A stretch of DNA of 64,000 bases, taken from NCBI GenBank assembly GCA_963778905.1, contig CAVZWH010000017.1, positions 76-64,075 on the forward strand, in the 5' to 3' direction. This document shows, one piece after another, positions 17,248 through 26,166 of this stretch. Each line of letters opens with the position of its first letter. The first letter of the stretch is position 1. The notes under the pieces are model-generated. The model had not been told where the DNA came from and searched no databases. It saw only the letters and a list, made by a program, of their open reading frames with translations. The position numbers and the translations under genes are program-made. This stretch comes from Candidatus Staskawiczbacteria bacterium. Lineage in GTDB: Bacteria; Patescibacteriota; Minisyncoccia; Minisyncoccales; Staskawiczbacteraceae.

Positions 17248-18546
17248 ATGGAAAACGAGTGTTACCTGGGGATAGATTTTGGAACATCGAATTCGTCGGT
17301 CGCGTTGTTGCCTAAAGGAGAATCAAGTACGTTCCCCGTCGGGGAGGCGACTGTTTTGCCTTTAGGAAAAAACGGATCAATGATAATCCCGTCATTTCTT
17401 TTTTTTCCCCAAGAAGGAGGAAAATATTATCTCGGGGATGAGGCGATTGAGCATTATCTGAGTGATAACGCGCAAGGGCGCTTTATGCAGTCAATCAAAA
17501 CATTACTTCCCGATACTACTTTTGCCAGTACCACTATCAGTGGATGGGGACGCTACACGACCGAAGATTTGGTTTTTTGCATTCTGTCAGCAATCAAGCA
17601 CCGACTTGAGTTGATCGTCGATCAGAATGTTGCCGGAGTCGTGTTGGGTCGGCCGGCTATTTTTTCCGAAAATGATGATGAAGAAAAAATAGCGGAACAA
17701 CGCTTGCTGAAAGCGGCAAAGCGAGTCGGTTTCGAACGCGTCCGTTTTCAGCGCGAACCTATCGCCGCGGCTTTAACCTACAAACACTCACTTAGTAAAC
17801 CGGAATTGGTGTTTGTGGGAGACTTTGGTGGTGGTACCAGCGATTTTACGGCTATGCGCTTATCGCCCCATAGTGTCGGTAACATCGATTCTGATGATGA
17901 TATTCTGGCCGTCAACGGCATATCAATCGCCGGCGATACCTTTAACAGCGCGATTATGCGACATCAACTACTCAAGTATTTTGGCTACGATGCTCATTAC
18001 AAGGTCCATGGCGAAACAAAATGGCTGGATGTTCCGACGGCAATTCACTATGAACTTTGTGAATGGCACAAAATTTCTTTTCTAAAGGGTGGCCGATACC
18101 TTGCTCTAATTGGAAAGATGATTCATCAATCCGATGACAAGCAGGGGTTTATGAGACTGCAGGCGTTGGTTGAAGAAAATCTCGGGTATCCGCTGTTTCA
18201 GAGTATTCAGGAAGCAAAGTGTATCCTATCATCTGATCAAACCTCACGGGTTAAGTTCAATCGCTCGATTATCAACATCGATGAAGAAATCACCCGAAAG
18301 AGCTTTGAAGAGATGATAGAAGAGTACATCGAAAAACTTGGGTTGTGTATCGATAGGACGTTATCGACAGCCGATATTAATGCCAGAGACGTGGATGCAG
18401 TATTCCTGACAGGCGGAACTTCACAGACGCCGAGAGTCCGTCGATTAATGGCAGAAAAATTCGGCGAAGAAAAACTTCGATCAGGAGATGCTTTCACTAG
18501 CGTTGCTGAAGGACTTGCCCTTAGCGCTCCCTATCTGTTCAAATAA
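17248..18546 (+). CDS. Hsp70/actin-fold ATPase lacking a substrate-binding domain (YegD-like)
   Basis: It has the phosphate-1 motif LGIDFGTSNSSVA and the phosphate-2 motif VGDFGGGTSDFT, plus VFLTGGTSQTPRVR. At 432 aa it comprises the nucleotide-binding domain only. Its GC is clearly higher than the flanks. Confidence 0.8.
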   Translation: MENECYLGIDFGTSNSSVALLPKGESSTFPVGEATVLPLGKNGSMIIPSFLFFPQEGGKYYLGDEAIEHYLSDNAQGRFMQSIKTLLPDTTFASTTISGWGRYTTEDLVFCILSAIKHRLELIVDQNVAGVVLGRPAIFSENDDEEKIAEQRLLKAAKRVGFERVRFQREPIAAALTYKHSLSKPELVFVGDFGGGTSDFTAMRLSPHSVGNIDSDDDILAVNGISIAGDTFNSAIMRHQLLKYFGYDAHYKVHGETKWLDVPTAIHYELCEWHKISFLKGGRYLALIGKMIHQSDDKQGFMRLQALVEENLGYPLFQSIQEAKCILSSDQTSRVKFNRSIINIDEEITRKSFEEMIEEYIEKLGLCIDRTLSTADINARDVDAVFLTGGTSQTPRVRRLMAEKFGEEKLRSGDAFTSVAEGLALSAPYLFK

Positions 18547-18560
18547 TAAAACGTTCTTCC

Positions 18561-18596
18561 ATCCCCACATCGATCAATAGATGTGGGGATTTTTTA
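18561..18596 (+). terminator. Rho-independent terminator
   Basis: An 11-bp perfect stem ATCCCCACATC/GATGTGGGGAT is followed by a T5 run. Confidence 0.85.
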
Positions 18597-18660
18597 TTAT
18601 CGTTATGGGTTATTGCATTTTTATTTTTAAAAAGGCAGAATAAGATAATAAGATAAAAAT

Positions 18661-19221
18661 ATGAATATTGAAGTAGAAATAAAAATTGAAATAAATAATT
18701 TTGAAGAGGTTAAAGCGAAAGTGGCAGTTATTGGGAAGCTGGTAAAATCGATAAAACAAGTTGATGATTATTTTATTCCCAGCCATAGGGATTTTTTTGC
18801 GCAAAAGCCTTGCCCGACAGAATGGCTACGCATAAGGACTAATCCCGATAAAGTAATTTTTGAATATGATAAGGCTGTAAATATGACAGCGAACGGTGAT
18901 TATGACTATGCGGAGGAATATGAAACAGTAATTTCTGACGCCGATGAACTCAGAAAGATATTGAATTTTTTAGATTTCAAAAAAGTGGTAACGATTGATA
19001 AGCAAAGGGAATATTGGGACTGTGGAGAGATAGAGGTTGCACTAGATAAAATTGAAGGATTGGGTACTTTTATTGAAGCAGAGGCGAAAGGAAATTTTAA
19101 AGATGCTACGCAAGCCAAGCAGGCCTGCCTTAAATTTCTGGAAGAATTAGGAATTGAAAACGCTGAAGACAGAGAAATTAAAAAAGGTTACCCAGTTTTA
19201 TTTTTAGAAAAAAATAATTAA
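18661..19221 (+). CDS. CYTH-domain protein (class IV adenylate cyclase / triphosphate tunnel metalloenzyme family)
   Basis: It has the N-terminal ExExK motif (NIEVEIKIEI), EWLRIRT and EVALDKIEGLGTFIEAE. Confidence 0.75.
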   Translation: MNIEVEIKIEINNFEEVKAKVAVIGKLVKSIKQVDDYFIPSHRDFFAQKPCPTEWLRIRTNPDKVIFEYDKAVNMTANGDYDYAEEYETVISDADELRKILNFLDFKKVVTIDKQREYWDCGEIEVALDKIEGLGTFIEAEAKGNFKDATQAKQACLKFLEELGIENAEDREIKKGYPVLFLEKNN

Positions 19222-19233
19222 ACCAATATATTT

Positions 19234-19497
19234 ATGGCAGTAATCAAAAAGAAAGTATGGCCGGAATATTTTGAACTTATTTCATCCGGCAAAAAGAAAT
19301 TTGAATTGAGATTAGCAGATTTTGACGTGAAAGAAGGGGACGCCTTATTGTTGGAAGAATGGGATCCAAAAACAAAAGAATATACTGGCAGAAGTATAGA
19401 GAAAAAAGTAAGCTTTGTTTTGAAATTCAATCTCAATGATTTTGGTCAGGAAGAGATAATCAAAGAAAAGGGTTTAGTCGTAATCCAGATTGATTAG
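19234..19497 (+). CDS. DUF3850 / ASCH-like small protein
   Basis: KVWPEYFELISSGKKKFELRLADFDVKEGDALLLEEWDPKTKEYTGRS matches the DUF3850 pattern as I recall it. Confidence 0.6.
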   Translation: MAVIKKKVWPEYFELISSGKKKFELRLADFDVKEGDALLLEEWDPKTKEYTGRSIEKKVSFVLKFNLNDFGQEEIIKEKGLVVIQID

Positions 19498-19663
19498 TAA
19501 AACTACCTGCCACGTTGAAACATACAGCGCATAAAGAATCCAAAAGATAAGTTTATTGTGCGACACGAAGCCCGAGCCACAAACTCGGGCTTCTTTAATC
19601 TTTTTTTGATGCAAACTCGTATCAATAATATACGGCGAAAGATTTATTTGTTATATTAGAATT

Positions 19664-20677
19664 ATGAATAAAATAATTTTAGTTGTTGCCGTAATAATTT
19701 TAATTGCTCTTGCAGGCGGAGGATTTTTTGTTTATAATTTTTTGTTTGGAGCTCCGCAGGCAAAAGCAGGGTTAGAGCAATTTACAATTCAATTAAATTC
19801 AAGCCAGCAAAGTATTGTTCAAAATCTTTATAGCCAAGGTTTTATAAAAAGCCAATTAGGTTTTAATTTTGTTTTGAGCAATAAAAATTTGAATGGAAAA
19901 ATTCAGCCCGGCGGTTATAAAATTTCAAAAAGCATGACTGCGTGGCAATTGGCTGACACATTTTCTAAGGGGCCATATTTAATATGGGTTGTGATTCCGG
20001 AAGGATTGCGCAAAGAACAGATTGCAGAAATTCTTGCCAAAGATTTATCGTGGACCGACCAGGAAAAAAGCGATTGGATTACAAATATTACCGCACAAAA
20101 CAGCGATTATTTTGAAGGCGTATATTTTCCCAACACATATTTAATTCCAAAAAATGAAAGCTCTGCCGATGTTGCCCAGAGATTAATTGATAAATTTAAT
20201 GAAAATTTTGCGCCTTATGCTGCAAAGTTTGCAAAAGCAAATATTAAATGGACTACCGCGTTAAAAGTTGCCGCGATTGTCCAAAGAGAAGGTTTAGGCA
20301 AAGAAGATATGCCATTAATCGCCGGAATTATCTGGAACCGGCTGGAAAAAAATATGAATCTTGAAATTGACGCAACTGTACAATATGCAAGAGACAACCA
20401 AATTCATTTTTCAGCAGACGGAAATTATATCAGCCAAGGAAGCTGGTGGTCTCCGATTAAACCAGCTGACGAAAAAATTGATTCGCCTTATAACACTTAT
20501 TTATATAAAGGACTTGGACTTCACCCAATTGATAATCCGGGAATAGAAGCCATAGATGCCACGCTTAACTCAACCACCACCGACTGTTTATATTATCTGC
20601 ACGATAAAAATGGCCAGATTCATTGTGCGACAACTCTTCAAGAGCACGACGCAAACATAGAAAAATATTTGAAGTAA
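19664..20677 (+). CDS. mltG: Endolytic murein transglycosylase MltG (YceG-like)
   Basis: It has an N-terminal TM helix, the segment IPEGLRKEQIAEIL, the catalytic region ASIVQREG-like (AAIVQREG), and PYNTYLYKGLGLHPIDNPG. Confidence 0.85.
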   Translation: MNKIILVVAVIILIALAGGGFFVYNFLFGAPQAKAGLEQFTIQLNSSQQSIVQNLYSQGFIKSQLGFNFVLSNKNLNGKIQPGGYKISKSMTAWQLADTFSKGPYLIWVVIPEGLRKEQIAEILAKDLSWTDQEKSDWITNITAQNSDYFEGVYFPNTYLIPKNESSADVAQRLIDKFNENFAPYAAKFAKANIKWTTALKVAAIVQREGLGKEDMPLIAGIIWNRLEKNMNLEIDATVQYARDNQIHFSADGNYISQGSWWSPIKPADEKIDSPYNTYLYKGLGLHPIDNPGIEAIDATLNSTTTDCLYYLHDKNGQIHCATTLQEHDANIEKYLK

Positions 20678-20678
20678 A

Positions 20679-21290
20679 ATGTTTATTGCAAAAGGCAAAA
20701 CCAATTGGTTGTATATTTTGATAGTATTCATTCTTGCTATTTTTGTTATTAGCGGAATTTTATTTTTGAATAAGGAATGGCTGCCAAAAGAGTTGGCGGC
20801 AATAACCGCAGAAGAACCAGTTCCTCTGCCAACCGGTATTAATCAAAATTTTTTAACTCAAGTTAACGAATGTTTTATTCCCACAGCCGCAGTATACGGA
20901 TATACATTGCGCATTACATCTGGTTTTCGTTCCATAACAGACCAAGAGCAAACATTTAGTCAGGGACGGACCGAAAATGGCCATATTGTGACTTGGTCAG
21001 AGCCCGGGAAAAGTTTGCACAACTACGGTTTTGCCGTTGATGTTGTGGATAGGTGGAGGGGTTATGATATTGATTGGAAAAAACTTGGAAAAATTGCCGC
21101 GTTTTGCGGTCTTGAGCAGGTTGATGATCCACATTTTGAGTACAGAGCCGGGCTTACCACCGCAGATTTTGCGGCTGGAATGAGGCCGCCGCCACTAACG
21201 CTTCCTTGCGCGATTATGGACGAACGAGCAAAATCAAATCAGCCATTGACTCTTGATGACCTCAAAAGTTGTAATGCTCCTAAATTTTAA
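20679..21290 (+). CDS. Membrane-anchored M15-family peptidase (VanY / D-Ala-D-Ala carboxypeptidase-like)
   Basis: LRITSGFRSITDQ, SLHNYGFAVDV and DDPHFEY match the H..D...H zinc-ligand pattern. An N-terminal TM helix is present. Confidence 0.7.
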   Translation: MFIAKGKTNWLYILIVFILAIFVISGILFLNKEWLPKELAAITAEEPVPLPTGINQNFLTQVNECFIPTAAVYGYTLRITSGFRSITDQEQTFSQGRTENGHIVTWSEPGKSLHNYGFAVDVVDRWRGYDIDWKKLGKIAAFCGLEQVDDPHFEYRAGLTTADFAAGMRPPPLTLPCAIMDERAKSNQPLTLDDLKSCNAPKF

Positions 21291-21402
21291 GATTTTATAT
21301 TTATCGTGTCTGGTCTAAAATCTGGGATGTTTTGTTTGCACCAATGTTAAAGAAAGGCGCGTATTAATTGATAGTGTAATATTAATTAACATATTAAAAA
21401 AT

Positions 21403-22401
21403 ATGCAAAACAAAAAATACGTTTCGTTTTTAGCGGTAGCCGGAATTTTGGCAAGCCTTGTAATTGCTGCTCCGGCATTTGCACAAACAAATCAAGGATT
21501 TGGTCGTGGTATGGCAGGCAGGGGCGGACAAACGCAGAGGCCGGGTGTTGTCGGAAAAGTTTCATCTGTTAGCGGAAACACAATTACTGTGACCAGCGTA
21601 GTAGGACCAAACGGAGGAACTGCAACAATATATACAATAGACGCAACAAATGCAAAGATTACAAAAAATAATATAGCAGGCACAATTTCTAGCATTTCTG
21701 CCGGCGATACGATTGTTGTGCAGGGGACAGTAAGCGGCACAAATGTCACTGCCACAAATATTCGCGATGGAGTTATGACACCTGGGGCGCGTGGTGCAAT
21801 GGGAATTAGCGGAACAGTTGCAACAATAAACGGAACAACTCTTACCGTAACAGGGAAAGCTCGTCCAAATGGCGCAGTTGTGCCAACTTATACGGTTGAT
21901 GCTTCAAGCGCGACTGTCACAATAAACGGCGCAAGCTCTTCAGTGTCAAATATTAAAGTGGGCGATAATGTAATGGTTCAAGGGACAGTAAGCGGCACAA
22001 GCGTGACAGCAAAAACTATCCGCGACGGAGTAGCTCAGCTGGCTATTCAAGGCAATGGCCAGCCAGTTGTGGCTGGAAAAGTTGCAGCAATAAACGGAAG
22101 TTCTATCACAATTACAAACAGCAGCAGTGTCACGTATATAATTGATGCAACAAATGCCAAAATTTTAGTAGGAAATCAAGCATCATCAATTTCAAATGTT
22201 GCAGTCGGAGACAATGTGGTTGTTCAGGGAACAGTAAATGGAACATCCATAGTTGCTTCATCTGTAATTGACCAAAAAGGACCCAAGGGGTACCCCATAA
22301 ATAATAATCCGTCAGACAATAATAAAAAACCTCAGGCTGGTTTTATGGGTGGAATCATGGGCGGCATCACTAACTTTTTCAAGCATTTATTTGGATTTTA
22401 A
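21403..22401 (+). CDS. Secreted protein with four DUF5666-like repeats
   Basis: It has a signal peptide ending in APAFAQ. The unit G.V..I.G.TLTVT...TYTVDA..A.IT......S..IKVGD.V.VQGTVSGT.VTA recurs four times. Confidence 0.6.
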   Translation: MQNKKYVSFLAVAGILASLVIAAPAFAQTNQGFGRGMAGRGGQTQRPGVVGKVSSVSGNTITVTSVVGPNGGTATIYTIDATNAKITKNNIAGTISSISAGDTIVVQGTVSGTNVTATNIRDGVMTPGARGAMGISGTVATINGTTLTVTGKARPNGAVVPTYTVDASSATVTINGASSSVSNIKVGDNVMVQGTVSGTSVTAKTIRDGVAQLAIQGNGQPVVAGKVAAINGSSITITNSSSVTYIIDATNAKILVGNQASSISNVAVGDNVVVQGTVNGTSIVASSVIDQKGPKGYPINNNPSDNNKKPQAGFMGGIMGGITNFFKHLFGF

Positions 22402-22453
22402 TTTGACAGCAAAACCTGATACAATAATAGAATAATATTAATTTTATATTTAT

Positions 22454-24286
22454 ATGTACTCTTGCAAAAAAGTATTTATTATATTATTTATTTCTGTTTT
22501 TGTATCAGGTTTTTTGTTGTTGTCAGCTCTGCCGGTTCATGCAATGACTCCTGCGCTTTCGCTTACAAATAATGGCGATGGCGATACAGTTCAGTTAATT
22601 GTGAACGGAGACCCGAATGCGAGCGTAATGTTTTGGTACACAAAAGTAGCAATTGGTCTTACACCAATTGCTAATAGTTGGCTTACAAACTCAAGCGGAT
22701 ATTTTTCAGTAAATATCAGCACATCCTCTTATCAAATTACTGCGGGCAGTTCAGTTTATGTAACTACAAGCGGACTTAATGGCCCAAGGTCAAATAGTGT
22801 TTTATGGCCGATTTCAACGAGTTCCACTTCTTCTGGCACAATTTCTTTAAGCCAGACCGGCGTAGTTTTGGCGCAAGGCCAATCTGCGACAGTTACGGCT
22901 TCTGGAGTTAGCTCGCTTTATTTATCAAATAATTCTAATCCGCCGATTGCCAATATAAATGTAAGTCAAAACACAATTACAATTTTGGCAAATGCTTTTG
23001 GCTCAACCGTGGCAACGGTTTGTTCTTCAAGCAGCACGTCAATCTGCGCCGAAATTTATATAACTGTGCAAAATTCCGGAACTGCAGCTCTTACTTTTGG
23101 CCAAAATAATATCACAATTGTTTCCGGCCAAAATGTTCCAATATCAATTAGCGGAGGAAACGGCGCTTACATGGTGCAAAATAATCCCAACTCAGCGGCT
23201 GTGCAAACAAGCATAAATGGCTCCACAATAACTTTAAGCACAACTAATACATCTGGCGCTTCGTCAATTACTGTTTGCTCAACAGATATGAGTTCGTGCG
23301 GAATTATAAATGTGACCATTGGAACCGCTAACTCATCTGTAATTTCTTTTAGTCCGTCAAATCCAACCGTGTCCATAGGCCAGGGAACCAGCGTAACAAT
23401 TTCCGGCGCATCGGGCGGAGTTTATTATATTTCCAGCAATTCTAATTCCAGCATCGCGCAAGTAAGCATATCTTCAAATATATTAACTATTATAGGAAAC
23501 ACAAACGGCTCATCAATAGTCAGCATTTGTTCGTCTTTGGGCAGTTGCGGTTCGCTGACGATAACAGTAAATTATGTAGCTTCCGGCGGAGGCATATCTT
23601 TAAGCCAGACATCTTTGACGCTTTTGACCGGACAAACTTTAAGCATTGTGATTTCCGGCGGAACAGCTCCGTATAATGTAATAAATCCGTCCACGAGTGT
23701 CGCGCAAACAAGTTTGAACGGAAATATTCTAACAATTTATGGCGCCAGTGTCGGTTCTAAATCGTTGAATGTATGTTCGTCCGAGGGCGGATGCGTATCT
23801 TTGTCTGTTTTGGTAAATGGATCGGGCGCGAGTGCGCAAACAACAGCAACAACCACCACTTTGCCTCAGGGTTGCGCTTCAACTGCAGGATACAGTTCTA
23901 TAACAGGTCAATCTTGCGCAACTGTCGCAACAACTCCGGCAACAACTGCGCCAACTTATGTTTTTCCACGATATTTAGGCTATGGAGATACGGGAGATGA
24001 TGTGTTGCAGCTTCAAAAATTACTTACAGGGTTGGGATTTTTATCAATAACTCCAAACAGCCGCTATGGTCCTGCCACAACCGCGGCCGTCAAAGAATTT
24101 CAACAAGCCCACGGAATTAGGCAGACAGGAAATGTTGGTCCGTCAACTTTAACAGCTTTGAATCAAATTTCGTCTTCAACTTCAACTATAAGCGCAACAA
24201 ACTCAACAAAAGATCAACAAATTTCGGCAATTCAACTTGAGATACAGCAACTTTTAGCTCAGATAGCGCAAATACAAGGCCAATAA
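22454..24286 (+). CDS. Secreted protein with tandem Ig-like repeats and a C-terminal PG_binding_1 domain
   Basis: It has a signal/TM segment. The unit ISLSQT...G.S.TVT.SG....Y.....N..IA...I..N.LTI.G...GS..VTVCS recurs about five times. The C-terminus GDTGDDVLQLQKLLTGLGF...YGPATTAAVKEFQ matches PG_binding_1. Confidence 0.6.
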   Translation: MYSCKKVFIILFISVFVSGFLLLSALPVHAMTPALSLTNNGDGDTVQLIVNGDPNASVMFWYTKVAIGLTPIANSWLTNSSGYFSVNISTSSYQITAGSSVYVTTSGLNGPRSNSVLWPISTSSTSSGTISLSQTGVVLAQGQSATVTASGVSSLYLSNNSNPPIANINVSQNTITILANAFGSTVATVCSSSSTSICAEIYITVQNSGTAALTFGQNNITIVSGQNVPISISGGNGAYMVQNNPNSAAVQTSINGSTITLSTTNTSGASSITVCSTDMSSCGIINVTIGTANSSVISFSPSNPTVSIGQGTSVTISGASGGVYYISSNSNSSIAQVSISSNILTIIGNTNGSSIVSICSSLGSCGSLTITVNYVASGGGISLSQTSLTLLTGQTLSIVISGGTAPYNVINPSTSVAQTSLNGNILTIYGASVGSKSLNVCSSEGGCVSLSVLVNGSGASAQTTATTTTLPQGCASTAGYSSITGQSCATVATTPATTAPTYVFPRYLGYGDTGDDVLQLQKLLTGLGFLSITPNSRYGPATTAAVKEFQQAHGIRQTGNVGPSTLTALNQISSSTSTISATNSTKDQQISAIQLEIQQLLAQIAQIQGQ

Positions 24287-24373
24287 TTTTTATTGTGCGA
24301 CAAAAAACTCGGGTCTCCGCCCGATTTTTTATTTGAAAAAATATAGTTTCTATGATATATTTATTCAATAAAT

Positions 24374-24444
24374 AGGGGCGTGGTGAAATGGTATCATAAG
24401 GGTCTCCAAAACCCTTGGTCTGGGTTCGATTCCCAGCGCCCCTG
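24374..24444 (+). tRNA. tRNA-Trp (CCA)
   Basis: The acceptor is AGGGGCG/CGCCCCT. The anticodon loop is CTCCAAA and the T-arm is CTGGG-TTCGATT-CCCAG. Confidence 0.85.
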
Positions 24445-25916
24445 CACGTTGTTAGTTTTGACTCTTTCGGACACCTTTTGGAAGGTGTTTTTGTACTTTT
24501 TAGTCGTAATTCCGTCCCTTAACCAAAGGTTCGAAAATACAATATTGAGTAGTCTGCGTTTTCTCTCTGGAACGTACCTTTCTTTGTAGTCTTCCTTCAC
24601 TTTTGTGCTTAATCTGAGTATATTAGCCCCAAGTTCGAAATAAACTGAGCCCCTGTTTTCCTGCCGTGATAATTCCTGCCTTGTGTCATCCTGGTCTTTT
24701 TTGAATTGGGCCTCTAGCTGGTCGTACTTTTCTACGCTAATCCTTTTGTCTAGCTTGTCTATATAAAGCGTGTCTAAGCGTTCTTGGAGTGTCTGAATGC
24801 GTTTTTCCATCCCCCCTACGACTTGCCTGTGATAGGCCACCTCTTCTGCATGACTGGCTTCCAGGGTTTCAGCAATAGCTTCTAAAGTTTCAGCGTTGTT
24901 TGGAGTTATTTCATCAAAAATATTATAAATTTGTCCGTCTATTTTTTCTTCTCTAGTATGTTTGATTTGACTACAATTTTTAAAATGCGTGCAGTGGTAA
25001 TATGTATGACCCTTATGTACTTCGGCGGTTATAGAGCAACCACACTCTTCACATTTAATCATTCCGCGGAATAGGTGATTGTGCGTGCGATATTTTGGAG
25101 TATTCTTTGATCTTAATTTTTTGATAACTCTTTCGTAAAGTTCTTCTGAAATAAGCGGCTCGTGTTTTCCTTTATAAATTATTTTTTTCCAAATAAATTT
25201 TCCAGAATAAAAAATATCATTTAATATAAAAGCAATATTGGATAGGGGAATGGGCTTTCCGTTTGTTTGTTTCCAACCGTCTTCAAACATTTTTTGTTGT
25301 AATCTTTTTAAAGAATAATCAGTATTGGCATATAAGTCAAAAGCTTTTTTAATAAATGGCGCTTCTGATTCGGGGAGTCATCAATTATCCAGGTTTTGTG
25401 TTTAGTCTCTCCGATTGTTTTATAACCCCGTTTTTTACTACCGGCATACCAGCCTTGCTCAGATTTTTCCTTTAGGCCTTTTTTAACTTCTTCGCTTAAA
25501 TTATCGATATAGTATTGAGAAGTTGAAACTTTAATATTCCAAATAAATTTTTCGTTAGACTTAGAATTTTTATCTAAAATACAATTTTCTTTAACAAAAT
25601 GTACTTGCCTCTCCGGATCTTCGTTGAGCCATTCATTTACAAGAACTGCATCACGAAGCGAGCGCGTAATTCTGTCAATTTTTTCTGAAATAATTATTTT
25701 AATATCATGTTTCCGCGCGTACTCAAACATTTCATTGAAAACTTTTCTTTGTTTCCTGCCGTTGGCTGATTCCGAAATTGAAAAAATTTTCGGAATTTTA
25801 AAATCCTTTTTTTCGGCATAATCCTTAAGAAGCTTTTCTTGAGCGGGTAGGGAATAGCCGGAAACTTCTTGGTCTCTTGATGAAACACGACAAAATAATA
25901 TAGTTATGGTTTTCAT
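24394..25916 (-). pseudogene. Large serine recombinase split by a single-base frameshift in a homopolymer
   Basis: The N-terminal ORF (25308..25916) has CRVSSRDQ and the resolvase domain. The C-terminal ORF (24394..25290) has the recombinase domain and zinc ribbon (CEECGCSITAE...YYHC). Adding one base in the GGGG run at 25372-25375 joins them as ...WIIDDSPESEAPFIKKAFDLYANTDYSLKRLQQKMFEDGWKQ... Confidence 0.8.
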
Positions 25917-26166
25917 AAGTTTAATAAATTGATATTTTTACAAACCAAAAGGGACTAGAGGCAAAAAGTAATTTGTTGAAGATTACACAGCCCTAGTCCC
26001 TCGTTTAAATAATAGCAAAAAAAATACTTTCTGCCAAACTGTATAATCTTCAACAACTTAACTTTACCATTTATCAAGCGACATAGTCAATATTTTTACT
26101 TATTAAAATACCAAAAATACTAGAAATACTTAATATTAAAATAGCTATTATATATAAGCTATAAGT

